Below, one piece after another: positions 15,874-23,244 of a stretch of 31,904 nt of DNA (positions are counted from its first letter, which is position 1; the number at the start of each line of letters is the position of its first letter). The stretch covers positions 1-31,904 of IMG/VR virus record IMGVR_UViG_3300032332_000850; one strand, 5' to 3'. Below the pieces are notes generated by a model that worked only from the letters and a program-made list of their open reading frames with translations, was not told the origin of the DNA and ran no database searches. The translations under genes and the position numbers were made by a program. This DNA comes from a virus.

Positions 15874-16563
15874 CTAGACTCCATCGGATTCGTTCGTCAA
15901 CCGACTTGAGTGATTTCCGCAAGATGCCCCTTTCAGGGGACGACGCGAGGCCATCACGACGCTGTGAGCCACGCCGAACGCTCGTGCGATGTCTGACCAC
16001 GACACGCCGCCGTGGTAGTGCATGTGAAGGAACACCGCTCGCCGGCGCTGCACCGCCTCAGGGCATCGTCGATAAGTGCCAGTACTGACACGATCGAAGA
16101 TGCTTTCGTCGTCGATGCCACAGGCCTCGAACGCAGCTCGCATCGCGGTGAAGATCGCCAACACCGCCGAGGCCGATGCCATCGTTTCGAGCCGCTGCCG
16201 CTCGCGTGCCATGAACCTCGCTCGGTTCGCGGCGATCGTTTCTGCGACCTTCGCCCAATGGTCGGTCAGCCGTTGCGGCTCGCGAGGGAACCGACGCGGC
16301 TCAGGCGGCCAGAGGCCGTCAGGCTCAGGCAGCGTCTGGAGCGGCTCAGGAGCGATCTCCACCGCCGCCTCGACCTCGGCAGGCTCGACGGGTGCCGGAG
16401 GCTCCACGGCGACTTGCATCGCCGTCACGAGCCGCTTCCGACGTTCCTGCCTCGCCTTGTGCCGCCGCATTTCCTCGGCGTACGTCGTCGTCAACTTCGG
16501 CTTGATCGCCACCGGCATCGGCGCCGGCATCGCCGCGGTCGGCAGCAGGTTCGTCGCTCTCAT
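15874..16563 (-). CDS. Protein with DnaA domain IV-like C-terminal HTH (229 aa)
   Basis: C-terminus RRRAVFLHMHYHGGVSWSDIARAFGVAHSVVMAS resembles Bac_DnaA_C (ARQIAMYL...IG..FG..HSTV). ATGA-coupled start at 16563. Confidence 0.35.
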   Translation of the reverse strand: MRATNLLPTAAMPAPMPVAIKPKLTTTYAEEMRRHKARQERRKRLVTAMQVAVEPPAPVEPAEVEAAVEIAPEPLQTLPEPDGLWPPEPRRFPREPQRLTDHWAKVAETIAANRARFMARERQRLETMASASAVLAIFTAMRAAFEACGIDDESIFDRVSTGTYRRCPEAVQRRRAVFLHMHYHGGVSWSDIARAFGVAHSVVMASRRPLKGASCGNHSSRLTNESDGV

Positions 16564-16991
16564 CGCTTCTTCCCCTCGTTGGCCTTGAGTCGCTCGGCGG
16601 TCGCGATGCCGTGCTGGTCCTCGTGACACTTCCGGCAGAGCGGTGCCACGTCGCACAGGTACTCGGTACCGACGCGTTCGTAGGTAAGGTGATGAACGTC
16701 GTCGGCGTGCTTGTTGCAGATCGTGCAGCGACCGTTCGCCGCGATCATCACCGCGAGGCGGAAAATTCGCCAGTGCCGCGAGCACAGGTACCGCTGGTAG
16801 TCGCCGCCTTCGCAGCAGGTGCGAGCGTTGCCGTATCGCTGCACGAGGAACTCAAACCGCTTGCCGTCGGGAATGTGATCGCCGTACCAGACCGGACGCG
16901 AGGTCGATCGGATCAGTTGGTCAGCCAGGTACGTCATGAGCATTTGCCGCAGTTCGACGTTCACGGCGGTGATGGTGGGTTCCCATGTCAT
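16560..16991 (-). CDS. HNH endonuclease (143 aa)
   Basis: CTICNKHADDVHHLTYERVGTE...LCRKCHEDQH is a CxxC...HH...CxxCH HNH signature. ATGA overlaps at both ends. Confidence 0.7.
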   Translation of the reverse strand: MTWEPTITAVNVELRQMLMTYLADQLIRSTSRPVWYGDHIPDGKRFEFLVQRYGNARTCCEGGDYQRYLCSRHWRIFRLAVMIAANGRCTICNKHADDVHHLTYERVGTEYLCDVAPLCRKCHEDQHGIATAERLKANEGKKR

Positions 16992-17941
16992 AGTCCGAGG
17001 TCCTCCACTTCGTTCTCAATCGCGTCGATGCGGTGCCGGCGCTCAATCCAGCCGAACGCATCGAAACGCAGGTTGGTGTGATTCAACTGCATCGACAACT
17101 GCTTGCCACCGGCAACGCCGTCGCGACACTTGCAGATGTGCAGCACGCGATCGGCCTTGATGCGACCACGAACGCCGTGAATCTCATGCTCCTCGAGACC
17201 GTCGAGCCGCTCGAGCCACAGCACGGTGTCGGTGAACCGAGCGAACGCGGCTCCACCGGCGAGAACGTCGAGGCCGATCTCGGCCTTGCGGCCCTTCTTC
17301 GGGTGCGTCACGAGCCACGCCGTTGCGTCGTATTTGCCGATGATGCGGCGAAGTTGCGTGATCGTGTGGTGATCGTCGATCCATGGCTTCTCGCTCGGCA
17401 TGAGCGCCGTGATCGGGTCGATGCCAATGACCTTTACGCCGGCCTGACACTGCTTATCGACCCATCGCAGCAGGTCGTCGGCGGTGATGCTCTCATCCGG
17501 CGAGGCGTGCAGGCAGCGACCGAACGACTCCACGAATGCACGGTGCCGGTCCACGATCATCTTCGCGTAGTCGCCGTGGCCACGAACCCACTCCATGTCG
17601 ATGACCTGAGGAGTCGAGGATTCCTGAGCCAGCACACGCATCAGGTGCCACTGCCGCGTGCATTCAAGTTCGTAGAGCGCCACGCTCTCGCCTGCACGGT
17701 GCAAGTGGGCGAACAGTTCAATGGTCATGAACGACTTCGCCGAGCCAGGATCGCCGCACAGCACGTTCACCGTGCCCGACACAAGCGCACGAACATCTCG
17801 CGTCAACGCGTGCCACGGCATCGGCATCGGGCGGATCTTGCCGATTTGAATGTCGTCGATCCGCTGGGCGACCAGTTGGTCGGCGGTGAGATACTTCTCC
17901 GCGACCTGCTTCGACGCAGTGTCGTCGAGCCAATCAGCCAT
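16988..17941 (-). CDS. DnaB C-terminal / RepA-like replicative helicase ATPase (317 aa)
   Basis: Walker A GDPGSAKS preceded by ...WHALTRDV..LVSGTVNVL, Walker B VKVIGIDPI. ATG 17941 preceded by GGAGG plus 6 nt. Confidence 0.65.
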   Translation of the reverse strand: MADWLDDTASKQVAEKYLTADQLVAQRIDDIQIGKIRPMPMPWHALTRDVRALVSGTVNVLCGDPGSAKSFMTIELFAHLHRAGESVALYELECTRQWHLMRVLAQESSTPQVIDMEWVRGHGDYAKMIVDRHRAFVESFGRCLHASPDESITADDLLRWVDKQCQAGVKVIGIDPITALMPSEKPWIDDHHTITQLRRIIGKYDATAWLVTHPKKGRKAEIGLDVLAGGAAFARFTDTVLWLERLDGLEEHEIHGVRGRIKADRVLHICKCRDGVAGGKQLSMQLNHTNLRFDAFGWIERRHRIDAIENEVEDLGL

Positions 17942-18428
17942 GCTGCACCTCCGTGATCTCGCCGCCGTTGTAGCACCACACAGTGCCGTCGTTGCGGAGG
18001 TTGGATGCCGCGAACGCAAGAACGACCGACGCACGCCAGAGCGTATCGCCGCGATCGCCAGCCTTCACGCGCTTGGTCGCCCATTCGAGAACGTCGATGC
18101 CCCAGCGGTCGAAGCGATTCCAGACGCAGCGCTGGAAGAGCGCGAGGAGAGCGTGATTCTTGGTCCAAGCGTCGCTCGCGTACATCGCCAACGCCGCCTC
18201 GAGGTTCTTGAACCGGCAGGTGCGAGAAAACTCCTCGCGTCGATTCGCCTCCATGGTCTTCGCCATGATGTCGATGTGGCCATAAATCGCGGAGTAAACC
18301 TCGGCGAGCAGCGGATGGTCGATGACCTTGTGGCCGATGCGCATCTCGCGTGCCCATTCCTGCACGGTCGGGTCGAGCGCGATGGCGCAGACGATGGCGA
18401 TTTCTTCTTCGGTCGGTTGAGTCGTCAC
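17934..18428 (-). CDS. DnaB N-terminal-domain-like protein (164 aa)
   Basis: EEEIAIVCAIALDPTVQEW...IDHPLLAEVYSAIYG resembles the DnaB N-domain pattern (EAEQSVLG.LLLD...F....H..IF.A). GTG 18428 preceded by AAGGAGG plus 7 nt; GTGA overlap with the upstream stop. Confidence 0.35.
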   Translation of the reverse strand: MTTQPTEEEIAIVCAIALDPTVQEWAREMRIGHKVIDHPLLAEVYSAIYGHIDIMAKTMEANRREEFSRTCRFKNLEAALAMYASDAWTKNHALLALFQRCVWNRFDRWGIDVLEWATKRVKAGDRGDTLWRASVVLAFAASNLRNDGTVWCYNGGEITEVQHG

Positions 18429-19180
18429 TGGGGAACCTCCTTTGGTGCGGTCGGCGGTTCGTTCGCCCACCGCAGTTGATTCATGAACGTGACCGGCAGG
18501 CAAACGAACTGCCCGCCATCTTTGTTCCACTGGTGGCAACGCTTCCACGATTCGAGACCACGCATCACGAGTTCTACCACCGGCTTGTCGGTCCGCTCGA
18601 TGTCCTGCGACTTCCAGACCTTGAACGTACCTGGCTTGTTGATTCGCTTGACCGACGGATACGCCGACCAGAACCGGTTGAAGGCCTCGGTGTACGGCGG
18701 CAGCAGCCGCTTCTTCGGCGCCGGCTTGTCAGCGTCACCTGTTCCCCTTTGGGGGATAGGGGGTGTTTTAGTATTCTTCTCTTCTCTTCTCTTCTCTGGT
18801 CTGCATTCTGTCCGCGTCGTGTCCGCATCGTTTGCGGACATTCTGCGGACACGTTTCCGCGAAATGTCCTCGGCTCTGCGCTTGGCACCTTGGCCATTGT
18901 GTTCGTCGAACCTCGGCATTTGCAAGCCTTTAGGCGTGACGATCAGCCAACCAACGTCCACGACGGCCTGAGCAAATCCCGGAAGTCCGAGCATTCGATC
19001 AATCATCGCGAGGCTGTAGCCTTCGAGAATGCCATCGGTGCTGTGCGCATCAAACAGCGACCAGATGTAGTGCAGTCCGCCAACAACCGTGCAGGTCTGC
19101 GGACAAACTGCGGACATAATGCGGACAACTTTCGGATGCGTGTGCAAGTCGCATCGCACCTTGATCCAGTCATTTGCCAT
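18425..19180 (-). CDS. Replication initiator / replisome organiser-like protein (251 aa)
   Basis: N-terminal DNA-binding-like domain, basic disordered linker, C-terminal FNRFWSAYP...KVW...W..DGGQF...FMNQLRW motif common in phage replication proteins. It carries iterons in its own coding DNA. Confidence 0.5.
   Translation of the reverse strand: MANDWIKVRCDLHTHPKVVRIMSAVCPQTCTVVGGLHYIWSLFDAHSTDGILEGYSLAMIDRMLGLPGFAQAVVDVGWLIVTPKGLQMPRFDEHNGQGAKRRAEDISRKRVRRMSANDADTTRTECRPEKRREEKNTKTPPIPQRGTGDADKPAPKKRLLPPYTEAFNRFWSAYPSVKRINKPGTFKVWKSQDIERTDKPVVELVMRGLESWKRCHQWNKDGGQFVCLPVTFMNQLRWANEPPTAPKEVPQ
18774..18797. repeat. 24-nt all-pyrimidine tract containing (TTCTC)x4
   Basis: Read directly: ttcttctcttctcttctcttctct, locally AT-rich, adjacent to the iteron palindrome. 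Confidence 0.9.
18809..18851. repeat. Iteron cluster A: two TGTCCGC(G/A) then two TGCGGACA, each pair 11 bp apart
   Basis: Copies at 18809, 18820 (inverted) and 18833, 18844. The central TGTCCGCA-tcgtt-TGCGGACA is a perfect 8-bp inverted repeat. Confidence 0.85.
19098..19127. repeat. Iteron cluster B: three direct TGCGGACA copies at 11-bp spacing
   Basis: Copies at 19098..19105, 19109..19116 and 19120..19127, read directly. They lie in codons 18-28 of the initiator gene. Confidence 0.85.
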
Positions 19181-19204
19181 GTGGTTCAGTCCTTGAACTC
19201 AACG

Positions 19205-19271
19205 GCATCGCCTGCGCCAAAGACCTACCCGCGGTCCAGTCATGAACATGCGGCAATGACGCAGGCGATGC
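19205..19271 (-). promoter_or_regulatory. 12-bp perfect inverted repeat (GCATCGCCTGCG / CGCAGGCGATGC) with 43-nt spacer in the initiator 5' leader
   Basis: Arms at 19205..19216 and 19260..19271, read directly. Confidence 0.6.
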
Positions 19272-19322
19272 GGCTGAGTTGTGAGGGGTTTCGTTCATGA
19301 GGCGACACAGGTAGGTGCCATC

Positions 19323-19350
19323 ATGATACCAGATCGACCCGATAATGCAA
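19323..19350 (-). promoter_or_regulatory. Sigma70-like promoter P3: TTGCAT, 16 nt, (TGg)TATCAT
   Basis: The minus strand reads ttgcattatcgggtcgatctggtatcat in the 197-nt gap upstream of the initiator gene. It includes an extended -10 TG. Confidence 0.55.
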
Positions 19351-19377
19351 GGCCTCTTTACTAGTGCAGGCCGTAAA

Positions 19378-19656
19378 TCACGCGATCGTGTCGCGGTCAG
19401 TCTCCGCACGCCTGAATCCACAGACCTCATCGGTCACGCCATTGTCATATTTGATCTCGGCACTCCAGTCGATGCAATCACGCAAAGCCTCGACGCGGTG
19501 TCTCGCGTCGTTGAAGCCCGCGACCATGTGCGGATCAGCGTTTCGCCTGAGCAGACCGCCATCGCGGTAGGTCCGCCAGCCGATCGTGTAGAGGCTCTCG
19601 CGTGCCATGTTGCATCGCGACGTGAGTTCGTCGATCATCAGATCGTGGTCTGACAT
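19378..19656 (-). CDS. Hypothetical protein (92 aa)
   Basis: Start trimmed to MSDHDLMIDE, preceded by CACGAGGAAACCACA. Confidence 0.5.
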   Translation of the reverse strand: MSDHDLMIDELTSRCNMARESLYTIGWRTYRDGGLLRRNADPHMVAGFNDARHRVEALRDCIDWSAEIKYDNGVTDEVCGFRRAETDRDTIA

Positions 19657-19864
19657 TGTGGTTTCCTCGTGAGGTGCTTCCGCCTCGACTCTCGAAGCGG
19701 TGAATGGAGGCGTGCATCGTTTCCGCTGCACGCTCCAGGCTGTCGCGAACGCCGTCGCCGACGGGGAGGTTGCCGCGTGCGAAAGGGCACGCCGCAGTGT
19801 CGCTGGTGCTGTTATTCGGGGCGGATCAGCCCGACGCGACCTGCACCTATGCGCGTCACAGAGA

Positions 19865-20230
19865 TCAGGACTGACGCAGCAGGTACTTCGTGTGATTGAA
19901 CGCACCGATCATGTCGGCGATGATGTTCAGCAGGTCAGTGCATTCAGGCTTGACCTGCTTCGAGAGCGTCGCGGTCAGGTAGCCGACGGCGAAGTCGCAG
20001 AACGCGATGAGGTCGGCATTGTTCGCGTAGTTCACGCTCACGCACTTGAAGCCGCCCTCGTCGGCCTGCTCGACGCCGCCGTACACGCCCGAGTAGGTCT
20101 CAACGAACGAATCGACCAGGTCGTCGAGTTTGTCGTAAAGGCCGCCGAGCGTGATGTGTTCCGCGTGCGAGCGGGTTTGCCAGTGAAAGACGCGAGTTTG
20201 GTTGAGAAGTCCGAGGAGTTCAGCGATCAT
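19865..20230 (-). CDS. Hypothetical protein (121 aa), possibly Dps/ferritin-like four-helix bundle
   Basis: LNQTRVFHWQTRSHAEHITLGGLYDKLDDLVDSFVE resembles the Dps helix A/B pattern (HW...G..F..LH....Y......D..AE). The match is weak. Confidence 0.3.
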   Translation of the reverse strand: MIAELLGLLNQTRVFHWQTRSHAEHITLGGLYDKLDDLVDSFVETYSGVYGGVEQADEGGFKCVSVNYANNADLIAFCDFAVGYLTATLSKQVKPECTDLLNIIADMIGAFNHTKYLLRQS

Positions 20231-20315
20231 GAAGTGTGGTCCTTTCTATGTGGAGTGTAACCGGAAACCGCCGTCGCGACGTTTCCGCCGCGAGGCGATC
20301 CACCACCGCAGGGAA

Positions 20316-21053
20316 TCACGTCAACGACTGAATCGCGTGCGTCTGAAGCGTCTGGAGAGCGGCGTTCGCGTCGATGAACGTCGTGCCGCTGGCCTCGCCG
20401 TCGTTCGCCTCGAACTGCTCACGCGAGAGGAACTGTTCCTCGCCGATGCCGATGCCGTTGAGAGCGTCAGCAAACTGATCGCGGAGCGCCCATGAGCGGG
20501 CACGATTGAAGAGCATGCGATCCGTGTAGGACTCCCAGACCTTGCCACCGAGGCCAGCACGCTTCGCATCAGCCTGGCTGAACGTGTGCGAGACGCTCGG
20601 GCAGCCGTGGCGATGCACGGTCACGGTCGCGGCACGGTCGCCCTTCGAGAGTTCGCCGCTGTACGCGAACTCCATGCCTCGCCAGTCGCGGTGCCGCTGG
20701 CAGAGCGCTACGGTGAGATCTCCCCAGATGAGCAGGTTTCCACGAACGCTGGTGATGCCCTTGAACGCGGCACGAGCGGGGATTCCGAGCGACTGTGCGA
20801 CCTCGATGAGCGCCACGACGCGAGCGACCGCGGCTTCAGCGCTCATGCCTTGAATCGTCGAGTCCGGCACCATGCCGCCCTGCAGGTAGATGCGAGCGAG
20901 TCGCCACGCTCCGTCGATGTCATCGACGATGTAGCCGTTCGGGCCGACGCGAACCGGCGGCTTCGGCGGTGCGACGCGAGCGAGTTCGGTCGGTGCAGGT
21001 GCCGCGACGTTCGGTGCGGCCTTCGCCATGATGATGTCGAGTTCGTCGTTCAT
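20316..21053 (-). CDS. RecT-family single-strand annealing protein (245 aa)
   Basis: ...IEVAQSLGIP..., ...KVWESYTDRMLFNRARSWALRDQFAD resembles the RecT core and C-terminal motif. It sits next to a PD-(D/E)XK exonuclease. ATG 21053 preceded by GGAGAAACTGCA. Confidence 0.55.
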   Translation of the reverse strand: MNDELDIIMAKAAPNVAAPAPTELARVAPPKPPVRVGPNGYIVDDIDGAWRLARIYLQGGMVPDSTIQGMSAEAAVARVVALIEVAQSLGIPARAAFKGITSVRGNLLIWGDLTVALCQRHRDWRGMEFAYSGELSKGDRAATVTVHRHGCPSVSHTFSQADAKRAGLGGKVWESYTDRMLFNRARSWALRDQFADALNGIGIGEEQFLSREQFEANDGEASGTTFIDANAALQTLQTHAIQSLT

Positions 21054-21105
21054 TGCAGTTTCTCCAGACCTTCGGTGTGTGTTGACGTTCACCACGCGGT
21101 GAGCG

Positions 21106-21930
21106 TCAGAAAGGACTCTCGGCGGCAAGGTCGAATCCGCCGGGGATGGTGTTATTGTCGGTGACCGCCCACTCGGGCAGCACGAGTTCTTCGATGGTAT
21201 CCGCCGTATGGTGCATGTTGGCACCGGCCTTCAGCCACGCGGCGTAGTCGGCGACGATGCGTTCGTTCAGTCGCGACGCGGCCTCGATCTGGTCCGCCGC
21301 GATCTGATACACGCCGACGCAGTACGGTGCGGTCGATTCAACCGCGACGAACACGAACGGCAGAGACTTGCCACGCACGCGGCGAACCATGTCCATGTAC
21401 CACGCTGCCTGCTGTGCGTAGCCGTACCTGGCACACGCACGAGCGAATCCGCTCGGCGACGAATCGGTCGTGGTTTTCCAGTCGATGATGATCGAATGCG
21501 TGAGCCGGTCGATGCGGCACTTCCGGTCGCCGGTCGCGAGCATGACCTCGCTCTCGCCGGGCTGCGACGCAAGTAGCGCCGCGACGCGATGCGACATGAT
21601 CGACCGCCGCATGGCCTCGACCAGTTCGATCGTGGAGCGGTCTTCGACGATCTCGGCGCCAGGTGCGAGGCTCGCGAGCCATGCGGCGTACGCGTCCTTG
21701 CCCGCCTTCGTGCGGCGGTCGATGCCTTCAGGCCTGATCGCGTATCGATCGCTCCAGCCGTCGCCGACCTGCATCGCCTCGTGCAGCAGGTTGCCGAGGT
21801 TGAGCGAGTCGGTGTCGGTCCTCGCCGCGGTGCCGGTCACGACGGCGTGCATTCGCGGCAGGCTGGTCCGACCGACCTTGAGCGCCGAGTAGTTCACGGC
21901 ATGAATCTGTGCGTATTCCTCGTTCGTCAT
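21106..21930 (-). CDS. PD-(D/E)XK recombination exonuclease (274 aa)
   Basis: KCRIDRLTHSIIIDWKTT is a D...D.K nuclease motif. Paired with the RecT-like gene. Start MTNEEYAQ preceded by CACGAGGACACGCA. Confidence 0.6.
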   Translation of the reverse strand: MTNEEYAQIHAVNYSALKVGRTSLPRMHAVVTGTAARTDTDSLNLGNLLHEAMQVGDGWSDRYAIRPEGIDRRTKAGKDAYAAWLASLAPGAEIVEDRSTIELVEAMRRSIMSHRVAALLASQPGESEVMLATGDRKCRIDRLTHSIIIDWKTTTDSSPSGFARACARYGYAQQAAWYMDMVRRVRGKSLPFVFVAVESTAPYCVGVYQIAADQIEAASRLNERIVADYAAWLKAGANMHHTADTIEELVLPEWAVTDNNTIPGGFDLAAESPF

Positions 21931-21987
21931 TGCGTGTCCTCGTGCGAGTGCCGACAACTCGCGGTGATGATCGGCGAAACGCGGAAC

Positions 21988-22003
21988 GGCGGCTTCAGCC
22001 GCC
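21988..22003 (-). promoter_or_regulatory. Intercistronic hairpin GGCGGC-N4-GCCGCC
   Basis: Read directly. It lies between the acidic-protein gene and the exonuclease gene. Confidence 0.5.
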
Positions 22004-22028
22004 GCCCGCGTGGGGCAGGGAAAGTGAA

Positions 22029-22328
22029 TCAATACTTGCTCGAATCAAAGCCGTCGAACAGACGCTCCTCGGCGGCGTCCTCGGCGGCATTGCGAAGTCC
22101 GTCGAGGTCGGTGAACGGTTCCTGATCATCGTCGATCAGGCCCTTGTTCGTGATCGCGACCTGCTCGTCGAAGTTCGTGATGCGAACCTCGGTCACCTTG
22201 CACTCGCTCGGGTCGTCGCCGCCAGACGGCGTGCTGCCTTCGTAGTACTTGAACGCCACTTCGGCTTCAAACTCGAAGTAGTGACCGTTGTAGTCCATTC
22301 CGAAAGAGACGGTGTCGTTGCCCTTCAT
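22029..22328 (-). CDS. Highly acidic small protein (99 aa, 24 Asp+Glu versus 8 Lys+Arg)
   Basis: First ORF after promoter P2. RBS AGCGAGGAAACACA. Residues counted by hand. Confidence 0.6.
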   Translation of the reverse strand: MKGNDTVSFGMDYNGHYFEFEAEVAFKYYEGSTPSGGDDPSECKVTEVRITNFDEQVAITNKGLIDDDQEPFTDLDGLRNAAEDAAEERLFDGFDSSKY

Positions 22329-22354
22329 TGTGTTTCCTCGCTGCAGTTAGTGGT

Positions 22355-22378
22355 TGCGTCTGCGACGTTGCAGACGCA
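22355..22378 (-). promoter_or_regulatory. 9-bp perfect palindrome TGCGTCTGC-N6-GCAGACGCA just downstream of the P2 -10
   Basis: Read directly. The position (about +1 to +25) fits an operator or a 5' leader hairpin. Confidence 0.55.
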
Positions 22379-22380
22379 TG

Positions 22381-22409
22381 AGTCTAGACTCCTCCGATTC
22401 CAGAGTCAA
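22381..22409 (-). promoter_or_regulatory. Sigma70-like promoter P2: TTGACT, 17 nt, TAGACT
   Basis: The minus strand reads cttgactctggaatcggaggagtctagact, immediately after the terminator T-run. Confidence 0.6.
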
Positions 22410-22418
22410 GGCTTCACC

Positions 22419-22446
22419 AAAAAAAACGACGATCCAACGAGGATCG
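22419..22446 (-). terminator. Rho-independent terminator (CGATCC-tcgtt-GGATCG, then TCG, then T8)
   Basis: 6-bp GC-rich stem followed by eight T on the minus strand. This is the only long T-run seen in the window. Confidence 0.7.
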
Positions 22447-22619
22447 CCGCCTGCACTGGTCAATCCCGCACAATCGGCGAGCAGTGCGTATTCGGTTCCG
22501 CCGTGGTGTCAACCGGCACCAGCGGCGGTCGCCTTCAACGCGAAGGCGGTTTAGATCGGTTCTGAGGCGTTCGAGAGGCCGGACCCATGCCAGAGGTAAG
22601 GGAACAGCGCCGGCGTGCG

Positions 22620-22919
22620 TCAGCGGCGTTCCGCGGCCTTGACGATCTTGTCGATTTGATCAGTCAGGAGTTCGCTGGCAATGCGGTAGGCGTCGCCCTG
22701 GATCTCGTTGCCAGCCTCGTACGCGTCAATCGCGGCACGATTGAGCGTCAGTGCCGACTGGATCACGCCGACGGCGACACCGAGGCGGCGAGCGTCGCGA
22801 CAGGCTTCGACGGCGGCGGAGGCGGTCACGTCGCCGGTCAGCACGTCCTGCATGAGGCGTTCGTCGGCCTTGGAATTGCTGCCGGTCAGGATCGGATCGT
22901 TCGAAATGCGGTTCGTCAT
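22620..22919 (-). CDS. Hypothetical early protein (99 aa)
   Basis: Start MTNRISND preceded by GGAGACTTGCA. Confidence 0.5.
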   Translation of the reverse strand: MTNRISNDPILTGSNSKADERLMQDVLTGDVTASAAVEACRDARRLGVAVGVIQSALTLNRAAIDAYEAGNEIQGDAYRIASELLTDQIDKIVKAAERR

Positions 22920-22941
22920 TGCAAGTCTCCACAGGTGCGAA

Positions 22942-22958
22942 GGCGGCACAACGCCGCC
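22942..22958 (-). promoter_or_regulatory. Intercistronic hairpin GGCGGC-N5-GCCGCC
   Basis: Same stem sequence as 21988..22003. Confidence 0.5.
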
Positions 22959-23006
22959 GGAATCGACGCGAACGCCGGTAGGCGATCGCGGCGGTAGGTG
23001 AGAGCA

Positions 23007-23222
23007 TCAGTCGAGCGAATCGGCGGCGACGGCGGCGGCATCGCGAACGGCCTCTCGGATCTCGTCATCGGTCGCGTCGGGCTTGGCCTCGGCGGCGACC
23101 CAAGTCGTGATGACTCGAGCGTCGGCGGCGGCCATGATCTTGTCCCAGTCCCACTTACAAACGTGGCGGTCGGCGGCGTTGTCCTCAATCGCGATGATGA
23201 CGATGGTGCGGCGAGTCTTCAT
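23007..23222 (-). CDS. Hypothetical acidic early protein (71 aa)
   Basis: RBS ACCGAGGAAACCATC then ATG. Confidence 0.5.
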   Translation of the reverse strand: MKTRRTIVIIAIEDNAADRHVCKWDWDKIMAAADARVITTWVAAEAKPDATDDEIREAVRDAAAVAADSLD

Positions 23223-23244
23223 GATGGTTTCCTCGGTTGGGGGT

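Noticed and set aside
17934-18034. A frameshift fusing the DnaB-N-like ORF with the ATPase ORF into one DnaB.
   Set aside because: It would need a +1 shift with no obvious shifty site. The ATPase ORF has its own strong GGAGG-spaced ATG. It is kept as two genes, though a sequencing indel cannot be excluded.
22447-22619. tRNA or tmRNA in the structured non-coding stretch (GTTCGAG near 22569 looks T-loop-like).
   Set aside because: I could not build a cloverleaf. There are no complementary T-arm stems flanking the motif, and no acceptor or anticodon arms on either strand.
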